This document shows positions 15,226-25,171 of a DNA stretch of 33,296 nt, piece by piece. Under the pieces are notes generated by a model. That model was not told where the DNA came from. It did no database searches and worked only from the letters and a program-made list of their open reading frames with translations. A program made the translations under genes and the position numbers. How positions within the stretch are numbered: position 1 is the stretch's first letter; each line of letters opens with the position of its first letter. Origin of the DNA: a virus (Duplodnaviria; Caudoviricetes); the IMG/VR virus record IMGVR_UViG_3300006115_000041, positions 1-33,296 of that record, one strand, 5' to 3'.

Positions 15226-17757
15226 TTAGAAGTTTTGGATTGGTGCTAATCCCGCTAGCTGCTTCATACGCATCATATCAGTGTTTGGAGCAACTCCGTG
15301 TGCGGCACCTTCTTGTTTTAGAGCCTCTATTGATTCTCTAGCTATTGGTTCTGCTTCATCACCAAATTCTTTTACTGCGCTAATAACTACGCCTTCTTCG
15401 CCTCTTGGAAATGAATTTTCATCTGCATTATAAAGTGATTTAACAAATTCAACTACGTCCTGTGGATCGCCTGTCTTTTCTGCTTTGTCGGGCCTTGGCT
15501 TTACCATGTCCTCTTCGTCTGTTTCTTGATCATCACTGTCGTCATCGTCACTATCGTCGCTATCGTCATCATCGCTTTCGCCTATAGCTGCCTTTAGTCC
15601 TTTGATAAATTCGATCATAGGGTCCACTGAATCAACATATGATCTATTTTGGTTTTCAGCTGTTTCACTTAGTATTATCTCTAGGTCTTGATAAGCTAGG
15701 GATTCGTTAGTAAACAATCCTACATACTTTTGCTTTGCAACAATGGCTCTGTAGATCTGTACCATCTTCTTCTTTTCTTCTGGTCCCATACGATTATATT
15801 CATCGCTAGCCATAAGCATAAGATTGCTAAGTTCATCATTGTTTTTAATGTGCTTGCCTAGGTGTTCTATAGCTATGCTATTCTTTTCAGGTCCTTGTGC
15901 ATCTGCTGTCTCTAGGCGCTTTTGTAATATTCCCATACGGGCTGTTGCTTTTTCTAATGCCCATTTAATTTGATTGTCTCGTGGATTCTCTTGTGCTTTA
16001 GCTTCTAGCTGTTGTATCTGCCTCTGTGTAATAGCCACTGCTTTTGCAATGAAATCTTTGCTATAGGGTTCTACTTCAATATATGGAGAATTTTGAACTG
16101 CTTGTTCTAATTTTGATAATAGACCGCCTTGCTTCTGTGCAGCATCTTGCCTTGTTGGAAAACTCTTAGCCTTTGCATCCTGTGCTACCCAATCTGCTGA
16201 TGGTGCATTCTTAGGATCCTTAAAGAACACTTCATCTGGAACATCATCCTTGGCTTCGTCGACGTCGTTAGATTTCCTCTTTGATCTCTTGTTCATTAAG
16301 TCTGTATTCTTTGTATACTTGTGCCAAGCCTTTTCTTCTTCTGGGCTACCACCTGTTGGATTATTGTCAGCAGCAGCATATTGCTGTGCTCTCTTGAGCT
16401 GTACCTTCTTGGCTAACTTATCTGAAATCTCATCAAGCTCACCAGTAGCTGGTACTTTAGCGTTGCCAGTTAGCTTATCATAAGACATTTTCATACCATC
16501 TAAATGGCGCTGTAGTGTAGGTCTTTTCTTAGAGCTATGTGGGTTGGCTCTAGGCATGTCGCCTTTCATAGCGCGGTCTCTTTGATCGCCAGCAGCTTGA
16601 TTATGTCGTAGAGCTAGCTTCTTTGAAATCTCATCGATTTCCTGTTCTTCTGGTAAGTGTCCCTTTGGACCATGTTTACCCGATGCGTCTTTTATTGAGT
16701 GCTTTAGACCAAGCTGTTTTCCAACCTTAGTTGCTTTGCTATCTTTAGGATCTGATTTAGATCTTGTTGCTAATCTATCCCAAGCATATCCAGTATTATT
16801 TGTCCTGTAAGTTTCCGGATTTGAATCCCTAGGATCAGTAGCTTCGCCCATTAGATCTGAGATATAAGGGAATAGTTCTACTAGTTCTTCATTAAACTGC
16901 TGTGTAGTAAATGTGCTACGCAATTCGTTTAGAGTTGCTTCATCCATTTCTTTCTTCTTAAAAGTAGTAAAGTTCTCACGAACTAATAGATACCCATTCT
17001 GCTTCTGTATCCTCTCGAGGATCTTCTTGATATCTTTTACCTTCTTCTTTGATTTCTCTGCTATCTCGAATATTTCACTATTCTCAGTAAAACTCTTGCG
17101 GGCGAGTAAGTTATTGACTCTCCTATAATTGTAAGCCTGTTCGCTTAGGCTACAAACATAATGACCAAAATGATCATATGGATTGCCACCGTTAGCTACG
17201 TGGCGCTGCATAGCGCGGGCGCCTGCTAGATGCGGGAAAGGATAACGGAAACGCTCACCGCTTTCATTCTGTATGTAGAGAGCTTCGATGTTTCGTGTTC
17301 GGCTGTTAGGACTACCTTCCTGGATCCTCTTGGAATGCCTGATTATTAGTTTAGTGGTTTCCATATTTTGATAACTGGACTTGCTTGATCCATATAATGA
17401 AGATTCTTCCATGTTGGTGTCCTTACTATTTCTCTTTTGTAACTGATCTTTACCCTGTATATTTGGTTGCCATTGTAACCCATTTGACTTAGCAAAGGTA
17501 TGCAATTCTCTAATGAGGTCAAACCATTTATTATCATCAACTTCGTTGCTACCTAAAAGTTTTAGCGTACCTTCGTCTGCTAAACTTATAGATATGTTTG
17601 ATGCTACTTGTCCTCTAACAACAAAAGGAAATTCCATGGTCACAGCCTTAGCTGGATCATCAGTGGTTTGTCCTTCTGAATCCATAAGAGAAAGGCCAGG
17701 AAAACGCCTAGCTAATAAATGATATAGTCCTGTGCTTATGTTACTTGTATTTGACAT
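15226..17757 (-). CDS. Large putative virion/head-associated protein
   Basis: 843-aa ORF behind a late motif, next to the terminase. It has a globular N-terminal half, a charged low-complexity middle with repeated (I/L/V)DE motifs, a D/S-rich tract, and C-terminal MRMKQLAGL. Confidence 0.6.
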   Translation of the reverse strand: MSNTSNISTGLYHLLARRFPGLSLMDSEGQTTDDPAKAVTMEFPFVVRGQVASNISISLADEGTLKLLGSNEVDDNKWFDLIRELHTFAKSNGLQWQPNIQGKDQLQKRNSKDTNMEESSLYGSSKSSYQNMETTKLIIRHSKRIQEGSPNSRTRNIEALYIQNESGERFRYPFPHLAGARAMQRHVANGGNPYDHFGHYVCSLSEQAYNYRRVNNLLARKSFTENSEIFEIAEKSKKKVKDIKKILERIQKQNGYLLVRENFTTFKKKEMDEATLNELRSTFTTQQFNEELVELFPYISDLMGEATDPRDSNPETYRTNNTGYAWDRLATRSKSDPKDSKATKVGKQLGLKHSIKDASGKHGPKGHLPEEQEIDEISKKLALRHNQAAGDQRDRAMKGDMPRANPHSSKKRPTLQRHLDGMKMSYDKLTGNAKVPATGELDEISDKLAKKVQLKRAQQYAAADNNPTGGSPEEEKAWHKYTKNTDLMNKRSKRKSNDVDEAKDDVPDEVFFKDPKNAPSADWVAQDAKAKSFPTRQDAAQKQGGLLSKLEQAVQNSPYIEVEPYSKDFIAKAVAITQRQIQQLEAKAQENPRDNQIKWALEKATARMGILQKRLETADAQGPEKNSIAIEHLGKHIKNNDELSNLMLMASDEYNRMGPEEKKKMVQIYRAIVAKQKYVGLFTNESLAYQDLEIILSETAENQNRSYVDSVDPMIEFIKGLKAAIGESDDDDSDDSDDDDSDDQETDEEDMVKPRPDKAEKTGDPQDVVEFVKSLYNADENSFPRGEEGVVISAVKEFGDEAEPIARESIEALKQEGAAHGVAPNTDMMRMKQLAGLAPIQNF

Positions 17758-17764
17758 TACCCAT

Positions 17765-17772
17765 TATTTATC
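17765..17772 (-). promoter_or_regulatory. Late promoter motif GATAAATA
   Basis: Overlaps the terminase stop codon and lies 7 nt before the ATG at 17757. Confidence 0.6.
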
Positions 17773-19339
17773 CAAGATAGTTAGTAAAGAAGATCGGCAT
17801 TGGCATTATCTCTTCGTTGTCTCTTTCGCTCAAGAATTGATAGACCGTGGGATCCCAGTCAGCTAACACAGTACCCATCCTACATATCAACAGTGCTGCC
17901 GAAACCAAATCATCGCTTTCTTCGTTCTTACCTTTGAAACCTACTCCGCTAGCCACAAAGTTTTTTAATTCGGATATCAGAGGTTTGCTAGATATCTTCA
18001 TTTTCTTGTTCTCTATCAAAGATTTTAACTTAACACAAGCGGTCATTTTGGCCTTGTGTGTAGTGTTAAATCCTTTACGGAAACGCCTAACGTGTCCCTT
18101 GCGTATAGGTTCGCTCAAGAATAATCCAGGTATATTCTCTTCACCTATGTCTCGAATAGTTACAAGAGCAGCTTCACCTATAGTATTATTTTCCACACTC
18201 CAGTAGATCTGTGGTTCACCGTGTGATTTGATATGGTTACATATCTCTCTCAGGATCCTTATCTGTCCGCTCATAGGTGTATTATTATGATACCATTCGC
18301 CTACTTGATCAAAACTAGGCAATTCAAATATCTGTATAGCGGCATTGTTACCACCTGTGCCTGCTGCCGGATCTAGTGCTATTAGATAAGTGTTCTTTGG
18401 ATCTATCTTCTTATAGAAACGCACTTGGCCTAGTTTTTCTTTCGGATCAACTCCCTGTAGTTCCGAAAGCGTGATACTATTAATAAGCGTCTCATCGAAG
18501 ATCAAGAATTCGCAGTTATATTCACGGCGGAAACGTTCTTCGCCGATGCGCCCCATTTCCTCAGCTTTCCAGTTATCATCTCTATCTGGATGCTCATGCC
18601 AAAATGCTTGGAATGCGCTAAATCCGTTAATACCTACGGTTGTTTCGTTTCCTTCGTCGTCAAATCGTTTGTTGGCCTCTGACCATATCAATGCGAAAGT
18701 ATCTTCATCACTATTCGGAGTTGATGTTATGATAGCCCGACCACCTGTTGATATAGTTGGTGATATAGAAGTCCAAAACTCAGTAGCTACGTTAGGAGGG
18801 ACGAATGCAAACTCATCGCAGTACAGCAACGAAATACTCATACCGCGTCCTGTATTTTCAGTTGTAGTGGCTGATACTATGCGGCTACCGTTATCAAACT
18901 CTATGCTGCCTTTATTATAACTTGTAACACCACAACGTATATGGTTAGGACAGAGTTCGTATGCGTATCGCACACGCTGCATGATTTCCTGCGAACCTGT
19001 ATATTTGTGCGCTGCGATCAATATAGTTGAGTTAGGTATGAACATAGCATACCATAATAGATAGCCAGCAGCACAGGTGGTCTTTCCGCTCTGTCGTGGT
19101 AACATATTAACATTGAATCGATTATTGTGATAACTCTCTACGAGTCTATCCTGATACTCATAAGGTTCAAATAATAGCTGCCCTCGAACAGGATGCTGTA
19201 TGTAAAAAAAGTTTTTCATAAAGTAAAATGGACCTGTTTCAGGATCCATGCACTTTTGCAGATCATTTATCTGTGATTCTGTGAAACGCTCTTTTTTGTT
19301 AGCTTTCTTTACAAGAACGCCTTCTAAACTTCTAACCAT
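17768..19339 (-). CDS. gp17: Terminase large subunit (T4 gp17 family)
   Basis: YEYQ adenine-binding motif, Walker A PRQSGKTT, Walker B LLYCDEFAFV, ITSTPN, FRREYNCEF, nuclease LDPAAG, VENN and DDLV. Confidence 0.97.
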   Translation of the reverse strand: MVRSLEGVLVKKANKKERFTESQINDLQKCMDPETGPFYFMKNFFYIQHPVRGQLLFEPYEYQDRLVESYHNNRFNVNMLPRQSGKTTCAAGYLLWYAMFIPNSTILIAAHKYTGSQEIMQRVRYAYELCPNHIRCGVTSYNKGSIEFDNGSRIVSATTTENTGRGMSISLLYCDEFAFVPPNVATEFWTSISPTISTGGRAIITSTPNSDEDTFALIWSEANKRFDDEGNETTVGINGFSAFQAFWHEHPDRDDNWKAEEMGRIGEERFRREYNCEFLIFDETLINSITLSELQGVDPKEKLGQVRFYKKIDPKNTYLIALDPAAGTGGNNAAIQIFELPSFDQVGEWYHNNTPMSGQIRILREICNHIKSHGEPQIYWSVENNTIGEAALVTIRDIGEENIPGLFLSEPIRKGHVRRFRKGFNTTHKAKMTACVKLKSLIENKKMKISSKPLISELKNFVASGVGFKGKNEESDDLVSAALLICRMGTVLADWDPTVYQFLSERDNEEIMPMPIFFTNYLG

Positions 19340-19344
19340 AATGA

Positions 19345-19352
19345 TATTTATA
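19345..19352 (-). promoter_or_regulatory. Late promoter TATAAATA for the terminase
   Basis: Exact T4 late consensus, 5 nt before the ATG. Confidence 0.75.
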
Positions 19353-19356
19353 GGTT

Positions 19357-22278
19357 CTAGTACACGAATTTAAATTCTTGGTACTGTTCTAATAGCTTGT
19401 CTAGTTCATCCTCTTCGTCGGTACTGGTCTTATCTCCTGGATCACCCTTTCCTGGTGTCCAAGCACTAGTACCACTATCAGTTGCTGCTGTAGCTGAACT
19501 ATAGTTATCACTTGAAGATTTTATTGGGCTAGCTGGCGCAGGTGCCAGATCCGGTTGTTTAGGTAAATCTACTGGTTTATTATCTTCGGGAGGTGGCACA
19601 GTATCAATTTTAGGAGTTGGTGGTAATTCAACCTTTGGTAACTCAACCTTTGGTAACTCGACTTTAGGAGTTGGTGGTAACTCAACCTTTGGTAACTCAA
19701 CCTTTGGTAACTCGACTTTTGGAGTTATTGGATTGATATCACTATATGATTTTGCCGGATCAGTTACTTTTTGTGCTAGAGAATCTGTTCTAGTAGGTGT
19801 ACCGGAAACGGAAGGTGCGGGTTGTGTCGCAGGAGTAGCTACAGGTGATGCTGGTGCAGTTTGTTGAGGCGGCGCAACATTTATATGTATACCGTTATCT
19901 GCCATTTGTTTTATTTGGGCAGGATTAAGTTTATCAAAATGAGGTTGCATAACATTTAGATCTAGATTAGTTTTACCAGTAGCGGCTGAATTAACGTGAC
20001 TTTGCACTCCCGGAGGTAATGTATTAAAATCTGGATGTTGTTGTATTTCTTTGGCTGCATCTATAGACGGATTCTTCTTTATTAAGCCGCCGAGCAACGA
20101 TACATTATTTTGTAATTTACCGTCCGGAGTAATTGCTTTCATAGAAGAAGCATCACCTTTAGGGTCTATAGAAAAGCTGTTACTAGATGCAGATGCAGCA
20201 GGTCCGGATTGAGGTAATCCGCCATTTGATGGTATGGATGCTTGAGCTCCTGGGGTACTTAAGGATTTTAAACCGGGAGATAGTAATTTATCTTTGCCCT
20301 GTTGTAACATCGCTTGACCATTTGCCTGTGTCTTCTTCCACATATCTCCCATATCGATAGATGTCGATGATCCGTTATTTGGTGGTGTACCGGCGGCAGC
20401 AGCACCCGGACTTAGCGCATCTAATGCTTTGTTTGCTGCGCTTACAGCCGATGGGCCAAGCGTATCTTTACCTTTTTGTATTAGAGCCGGAGCATTTTTA
20501 TTAATCTTATCGATCGTATCGGTTACGGTTGGAGCCAATTCTTTATTATAAAAATCTTGGCTTTTATCTGCTAGGTCTTTGAAAGCAGGACCCACTTGTT
20601 GTTGTATATTGGTTCCCATAGTAGATAATCTTTTAGACAAGTCATCTGCGCTAGTATTAGATTGGCTTGCTGCTGATAGTGTTGTATTACCATTTGCTAT
20701 ACTATTATATTTGTCTTTTATAGTGTTTGTAACGTCATCAACACCTTTATTAAATGTTGTTGTTAAATCTTTATAAGGATTATTGTTTTGAGCACCGGAT
20801 GTTGGAGGATTGATAGCAGCATAACCTTTAGATGGATCTAATACATTTTGAACAATATCATCTGTTGGTAATCTATCAGTTATTTTACCGCTGTCTGATG
20901 TTTTTGGAATAATAGTAGTACCACCTTGGTCATTGCCAGATGGTTGATCAATATTTTTTCCTACTTGTGAGGTTTTAAGTAAACCTTGTTGCAAGTTTGC
21001 TATAGCACTTAAATTGGGATCACTGGCTATCTGTTGGGCAGTAACTCCTTTTAATATTTCATTCGCTTTAGATAATTGATCATTTACATCACCGGTGATA
21101 CCCATAGCTTGCATTCTCTGTAGACCGGCTATTCCGGGGTCGTCACTAAATTTCATTTTTGAAATATCATTATTTGCGGGATTTTGAATACTGTTAGATC
21201 CTGTAGGAGTATTATTAGCATTTGCTGATCCCGCAAGAGCTCCACCTGCAGCTCCGATAACAGCTCCGGCGGAAGAATTTGGAGTATAGTCACCGGTAGC
21301 TCCTTGTTGTGCATTTCTTAAATAAGCTCTGTGTGCTCCTCTAGACCAAGTAGTCCAATGATGATATCCACCCTTTGCTCCGAGCTGTCCTCTTTTTAAC
21401 ATCAATGCTGCACGAGCATTAGTCATTGGATCTTTTAACTGACTCATATCAGTTATTCCTAATCTACGCATTCGATCAGGACCAATGTTTCCTATCATAT
21501 TAATTTGCCAAAGACCATAGGAATTATCTCTTCCTTTACCGTTATATATCCTTGGATTTCCTCCCGATTCTGGTTGAGATATAGCTCCTAGTGTTCTAGC
21601 TTCTTCTTCAGTTCCGCCTGCCTGTCTAATTAATGCAGCTGCATCTGCAGCAGTGTATCTCTTTAGATTACTAACATCTTGACCATTTTGATTTTGATAT
21701 TGCTGACCTTGAGCTTGTGTCTGTGAATTAGCTGTTTGTGATCGATTTCCGTTATAGCCTTCTGGAGGACCGCCTACACGATTTAATATCCAATTAGCAT
21801 CCTTACCTACCGACGCATAATTAGTATTTCCTTTAGCAGCTTGTCCTAATCCGACTGCGATACTATCTCCAACATACAACGCCTTATTTGCTTGACCACC
21901 TGTATTTTGATTTATTTGGTTAACAAGCGCTCCATATTCTTTTCCGTCAGGATGTACCTTATCACTGTTACCTTGGAAAGTATAAGTTGGCAAATTGTAT
22001 TTCTGTGCTATAGCCCTAGCAACTTGTGCCGGGCCTTGGCTAAACTGATGTTCTTGAGAAGTTCCCCCGTGCACCGAATCACGGGGAATAATCATATGTA
22101 CATCATGTCCTCTTGCTTTTAGATTAGCAACAGTAGCTTCTATCTGCTGATAGTACTTCCTGGGATCCTGATTAAAGTTATTCGTACCAGTACTTAGGAT
22201 CACTGGTGGAAGATTATCAGCCTCTAATAGAGTCTCTGCAGACTCTACGAGATTTATTAGTTTACGAAAGCTGTTCAT
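19357..22278 (-). CDS. Putative virion protein with a permuted SGNH-like domain, a lytic transglycosylase (SLT/lysozyme-like) domain and a long low-complexity tail
   Basis: SLT motifs ESGGNP, SYGLWQIN, DPMTNARAA and WTTW. SGNH motifs GTNN, DKVHP and VGDSIAVG. Pro-rich repeats near the C-terminus. Confidence 0.75.
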   Translation of the reverse strand: MNSFRKLINLVESAETLLEADNLPPVILSTGTNNFNQDPRKYYQQIEATVANLKARGHDVHMIIPRDSVHGGTSQEHQFSQGPAQVARAIAQKYNLPTYTFQGNSDKVHPDGKEYGALVNQINQNTGGQANKALYVGDSIAVGLGQAAKGNTNYASVGKDANWILNRVGGPPEGYNGNRSQTANSQTQAQGQQYQNQNGQDVSNLKRYTAADAAALIRQAGGTEEEARTLGAISQPESGGNPRIYNGKGRDNSYGLWQINMIGNIGPDRMRRLGITDMSQLKDPMTNARAALMLKRGQLGAKGGYHHWTTWSRGAHRAYLRNAQQGATGDYTPNSSAGAVIGAAGGALAGSANANNTPTGSNSIQNPANNDISKMKFSDDPGIAGLQRMQAMGITGDVNDQLSKANEILKGVTAQQIASDPNLSAIANLQQGLLKTSQVGKNIDQPSGNDQGGTTIIPKTSDSGKITDRLPTDDIVQNVLDPSKGYAAINPPTSGAQNNNPYKDLTTTFNKGVDDVTNTIKDKYNSIANGNTTLSAASQSNTSADDLSKRLSTMGTNIQQQVGPAFKDLADKSQDFYNKELAPTVTDTIDKINKNAPALIQKGKDTLGPSAVSAANKALDALSPGAAAAGTPPNNGSSTSIDMGDMWKKTQANGQAMLQQGKDKLLSPGLKSLSTPGAQASIPSNGGLPQSGPAASASSNSFSIDPKGDASSMKAITPDGKLQNNVSLLGGLIKKNPSIDAAKEIQQHPDFNTLPPGVQSHVNSAATGKTNLDLNVMQPHFDKLNPAQIKQMADNGIHINVAPPQQTAPASPVATPATQPAPSVSGTPTRTDSLAQKVTDPAKSYSDINPITPKVELPKVELPKVELPPTPKVELPKVELPKVELPPTPKIDTVPPPEDNKPVDLPKQPDLAPAPASPIKSSSDNYSSATAATDSGTSAWTPGKGDPGDKTSTDEEDELDKLLEQYQEFKFVY
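19608..19722 (-). repeat. Coding tandem repeat [(PKVEL)3-PPT]x2: 15-nt units nested in a 54-nt duplication
   Basis: GGTAACTCAACCTTT-type units repeat six times. The synonymous variant pattern (CTCGACTTT) recurs at a 54-nt period. Confidence 0.9.
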
Positions 22279-25171
22279 TCTTAAACTTCTCGAACTCTGA
22301 TTTTAGATCTCGAAGCACACGCTCACTTACCTGCTGCATCGGATTGTCACCTTTGGATACCTTAGGATAGGTCTTCTTAGGACTATTTAATCCTCCAGCT
22401 AGCATCATGTTCATATAATCAACATCCTTGTATCTCGGATTTGGCTCGTTAGCAAATTCTTCTTCCATACTACCATCTGGTCTGCCAACTCCGCCGCTTG
22501 CATCTGGTTCCTTGGCAGTAGTTGCATTAGGTTCTGGTTTGATATCAAAACCGCCGCTAGCTCTTTTTTCAGCATCTGCTGCTATCCTAGGAGCCACTGC
22601 TGCTTTAACTTCATCAGATGATGCATTGGTATTAGTAGTAGGAACTGCCGCAGGAGGAGGTGTTGGAGTTTTTTCACTAGCACCATTTGTCGCAGCATTA
22701 ACAGTTTGTGACGGAGTTGAAGAATTAGGAGTTGTACCATTAACTCCAGGTTTTACTTGTAATTGATCTGGTCTGTAACTATTATCACCTACTTTTATCG
22801 CACCCGATTGTGCGGGAGTCGGTGGTCCTTGAATTTCACTTGCAGTAGGATCTGCAGCTTTAGCTTTATCTGCCATGTCTTTATCCCAGGCATTAAATGT
22901 ATGAGGTATAGCATTTGGATCGGTTGTTTGCCCACCTAATGGATTTAATTTAGCATTATTAGGATTGGTATCAGGTTGCTGTGGTGAATTTTTTGTTGGA
23001 TTGGTTGGCTGATCATTGAAACCATAACTACCTTGTGGATTGCCATTATTTTGGTTCATTAAGCTGCTCATAGCTCCACCAAATAAACTTGGTATCAGCT
23101 GCTGCATAAAACCGTTACCATTTTGCTGTTGATAGTATGGACGATTCCTACCACCGTCTCGGTCAAATCTACCTCTAGGATTTAGATTTGGCATACGCTG
23201 TGGTCCACGTTGTGGCCCACGTTGTGGTCCGCCAAATCCCCTATTACCAAATCCTTGTCCACCAAAGTTTGGTCTCATTGCAGGTGCTGACATCCTCGGT
23301 GCGGACATCCTTGATCCCCCGCTAGGACCGCGCTCATCTAGTTGCTGTATACCTCTAGCGAGATCTTTGATTCTCTTGAGTTCAGTATATTCTGCTAATA
23401 GTTGATCATACTCTGCTTTTTTAATTCTGTATTGTTCAACAGCAATAGTATCTGGTTCTCTAGGTTTAGCTTGTGCAGCTGGAGCGTTTTGAGTTTTAGG
23501 GGCAGCATTACCGGTAACTCCGCCAATGCCAAAACTTCCGCTAGCCGACGGTCCTGTTGCTTGTGCTACTGTTGGTTTTGCAGCAGGTGCTTGTGCCGTA
23601 AATCCACTAGGTGCCATGTTTGCTGCACCGCCGCCTACTTTAGGAGCTGTTGGTGTTCCTATCGGAGAAGCTGCTGGTGCTTTCGGTGCTGCTGGTGTTG
23701 CGGCTGCTGGCTTAGATGCGCCGCCTGCTGGTGCTGCACTCGTTCCTAAGTTTGCTGGGCGCGGCGGTGGTGTTGGTGTTGCTGCTGGCTTAGGTGCTCC
23801 ACCTGTTGCTGCTGGCTTAGGTGCTCCACCTGTTGCTGCTGGCTTAGGTGCTCCACTTGTTGCTGCTGGCTTAGGTGCTCCACCTGTTGGTTCGCTTCTG
23901 TTTATAGCTTTATTATATTCCGGAGTACCTTTAGATGTTGCTGGATTATATGCTGTCTGGCCAGCGCCTAAATTCTTTTGTATATTTGCTGGATCATTTT
24001 TCCCCCCAGCAATAGCAGTTTTACCTTGTGCAGCATTCATATACTGACCTAATGTAGCATTTTGATTGCCAGTACTTTGTCTAAATTGATTCAATTGATC
24101 GGCACTAACTTTACCACCTGCACCAATAGTTGGTTTAAATGGTTGTGCAGCTCCAGCTGCTGGAGTCGGATTAGATTTTGGTGCAGCTGCGGGCATTTTA
24201 TTTTGATCTGTGTCAGGTTCATTCATACCAATAGCCGCACCTGTAGCTGTTGGTGGAGAAGTTTTTGCTACGCCGCCACCTGGTAGATGCTCTGCTCCAG
24301 GTGCTTCTGCCCTATCAGGAGGAGTAAATTTAGTAGGTTCAACAAACGGTGCAGGGCGAGCTGGCGCAGGTGTTGGCCCGGGCCCATCTCTTTCTGCTGG
24401 AGAAGCATTTAACCCAGCTGCTTGTGATTGAGCTTGTCCTGCTGGGGTTGCTGCTTGCTGCGCTATGGCTCTACCAGCAGCACCTTGCTGAAATGATGTT
24501 AATGGCTCACCTGGTGGTGTAGCCTTAGGTGCATCTTTACCGCCCAACGCAGTTGGTGCAATCTTTTCATAACTTGATCTAGTATCTGCAGGAGCTGGAG
24601 ATCCTGGATTTGGAACTGTTCCGGGTGCAAAAGTTTTTGCGCTGCCATTTCCAACCATTTTATCTTCTTCACTTTCTTCGTCAGTAATAGCATCGTGTTT
24701 TAGCCCAGCTAGCTTCCTCATATTATTCATTTCTTCATCAGTACTTTTGATCATGTCACCGATGGGATCCTTAGAGTCTGCTGATGGAAGTTTCATTTCT
24801 GGATTTGCCATCGGAGGAGCAGCAGCAGGAGCGTTTTTAGTATTTGGCACAGCAGGAGCAGAAGGTTCGCTAGCTCTCATAAATGGATTATTCGCTGTAA
24901 CAGGATCTATATAATCTCTGCCGCCCTTCATTACGGTTCCCTTGGTACCTTCTTGATCCATAGGACCTTCATCTACATCTGCGTTCTTAACAACGTCAAG
25001 TGTCTTAACCATCGGCATGATAGGACCGCCCTTTGGCATCATATCTTGTGTAACAGGTTTCTGGCCTCCTACAGTAAATATCCTATTCATCATAGTAATG
25101 ATGTCATCCGGACTATCACCATTGGCGCTCATATTAACGCTAACTGTCTCTCTGATATTGTTTGATTTCAT
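22262..25171 (-). CDS. Large Pro/Ala/Gly-rich, largely disordered putative virion (head-internal) protein
   Basis: 969-aa ORF overlapping both neighbours, with low complexity throughout, an MRKLAGL motif and C-terminal FANEP...GGLNSPK...GDNPM. Confidence 0.65.
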   Translation of the reverse strand: MKSNNIRETVSVNMSANGDSPDDIITMMNRIFTVGGQKPVTQDMMPKGGPIMPMVKTLDVVKNADVDEGPMDQEGTKGTVMKGGRDYIDPVTANNPFMRASEPSAPAVPNTKNAPAAAPPMANPEMKLPSADSKDPIGDMIKSTDEEMNNMRKLAGLKHDAITDEESEEDKMVGNGSAKTFAPGTVPNPGSPAPADTRSSYEKIAPTALGGKDAPKATPPGEPLTSFQQGAAGRAIAQQAATPAGQAQSQAAGLNASPAERDGPGPTPAPARPAPFVEPTKFTPPDRAEAPGAEHLPGGGVAKTSPPTATGAAIGMNEPDTDQNKMPAAAPKSNPTPAAGAAQPFKPTIGAGGKVSADQLNQFRQSTGNQNATLGQYMNAAQGKTAIAGGKNDPANIQKNLGAGQTAYNPATSKGTPEYNKAINRSEPTGGAPKPAATSGAPKPAATGGAPKPAATGGAPKPAATPTPPPRPANLGTSAAPAGGASKPAAATPAAPKAPAASPIGTPTAPKVGGGAANMAPSGFTAQAPAAKPTVAQATGPSASGSFGIGGVTGNAAPKTQNAPAAQAKPREPDTIAVEQYRIKKAEYDQLLAEYTELKRIKDLARGIQQLDERGPSGGSRMSAPRMSAPAMRPNFGGQGFGNRGFGGPQRGPQRGPQRMPNLNPRGRFDRDGGRNRPYYQQQNGNGFMQQLIPSLFGGAMSSLMNQNNGNPQGSYGFNDQPTNPTKNSPQQPDTNPNNAKLNPLGGQTTDPNAIPHTFNAWDKDMADKAKAADPTASEIQGPPTPAQSGAIKVGDNSYRPDQLQVKPGVNGTTPNSSTPSQTVNAATNGASEKTPTPPPAAVPTTNTNASSDEVKAAVAPRIAADAEKRASGGFDIKPEPNATTAKEPDASGGVGRPDGSMEEEFANEPNPRYKDVDYMNMMLAGGLNSPKKTYPKVSKGDNPMQQVSERVLRDLKSEFEKFKNEQLS
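23777..23884 (-). repeat. Coding tandem repeat, 27 nt x4 (GGAPKPAAT)
   Basis: TGTTGCTGCTGGCTTAGGTGCTCCACC x4, with a single substitution in one copy. Confidence 0.95.

Noticed and set aside
1910-19339. Inteins, introns or homing endonucleases in helicase, UvsX, UvsW or terminase
   Set aside because: All are of normal length, with contiguous motifs and no splicing signatures.
23777-23884. 27-nt repeats as a possible CRISPR array
   Set aside because: The copies are head-to-tail with no spacers and are in frame inside a CDS.
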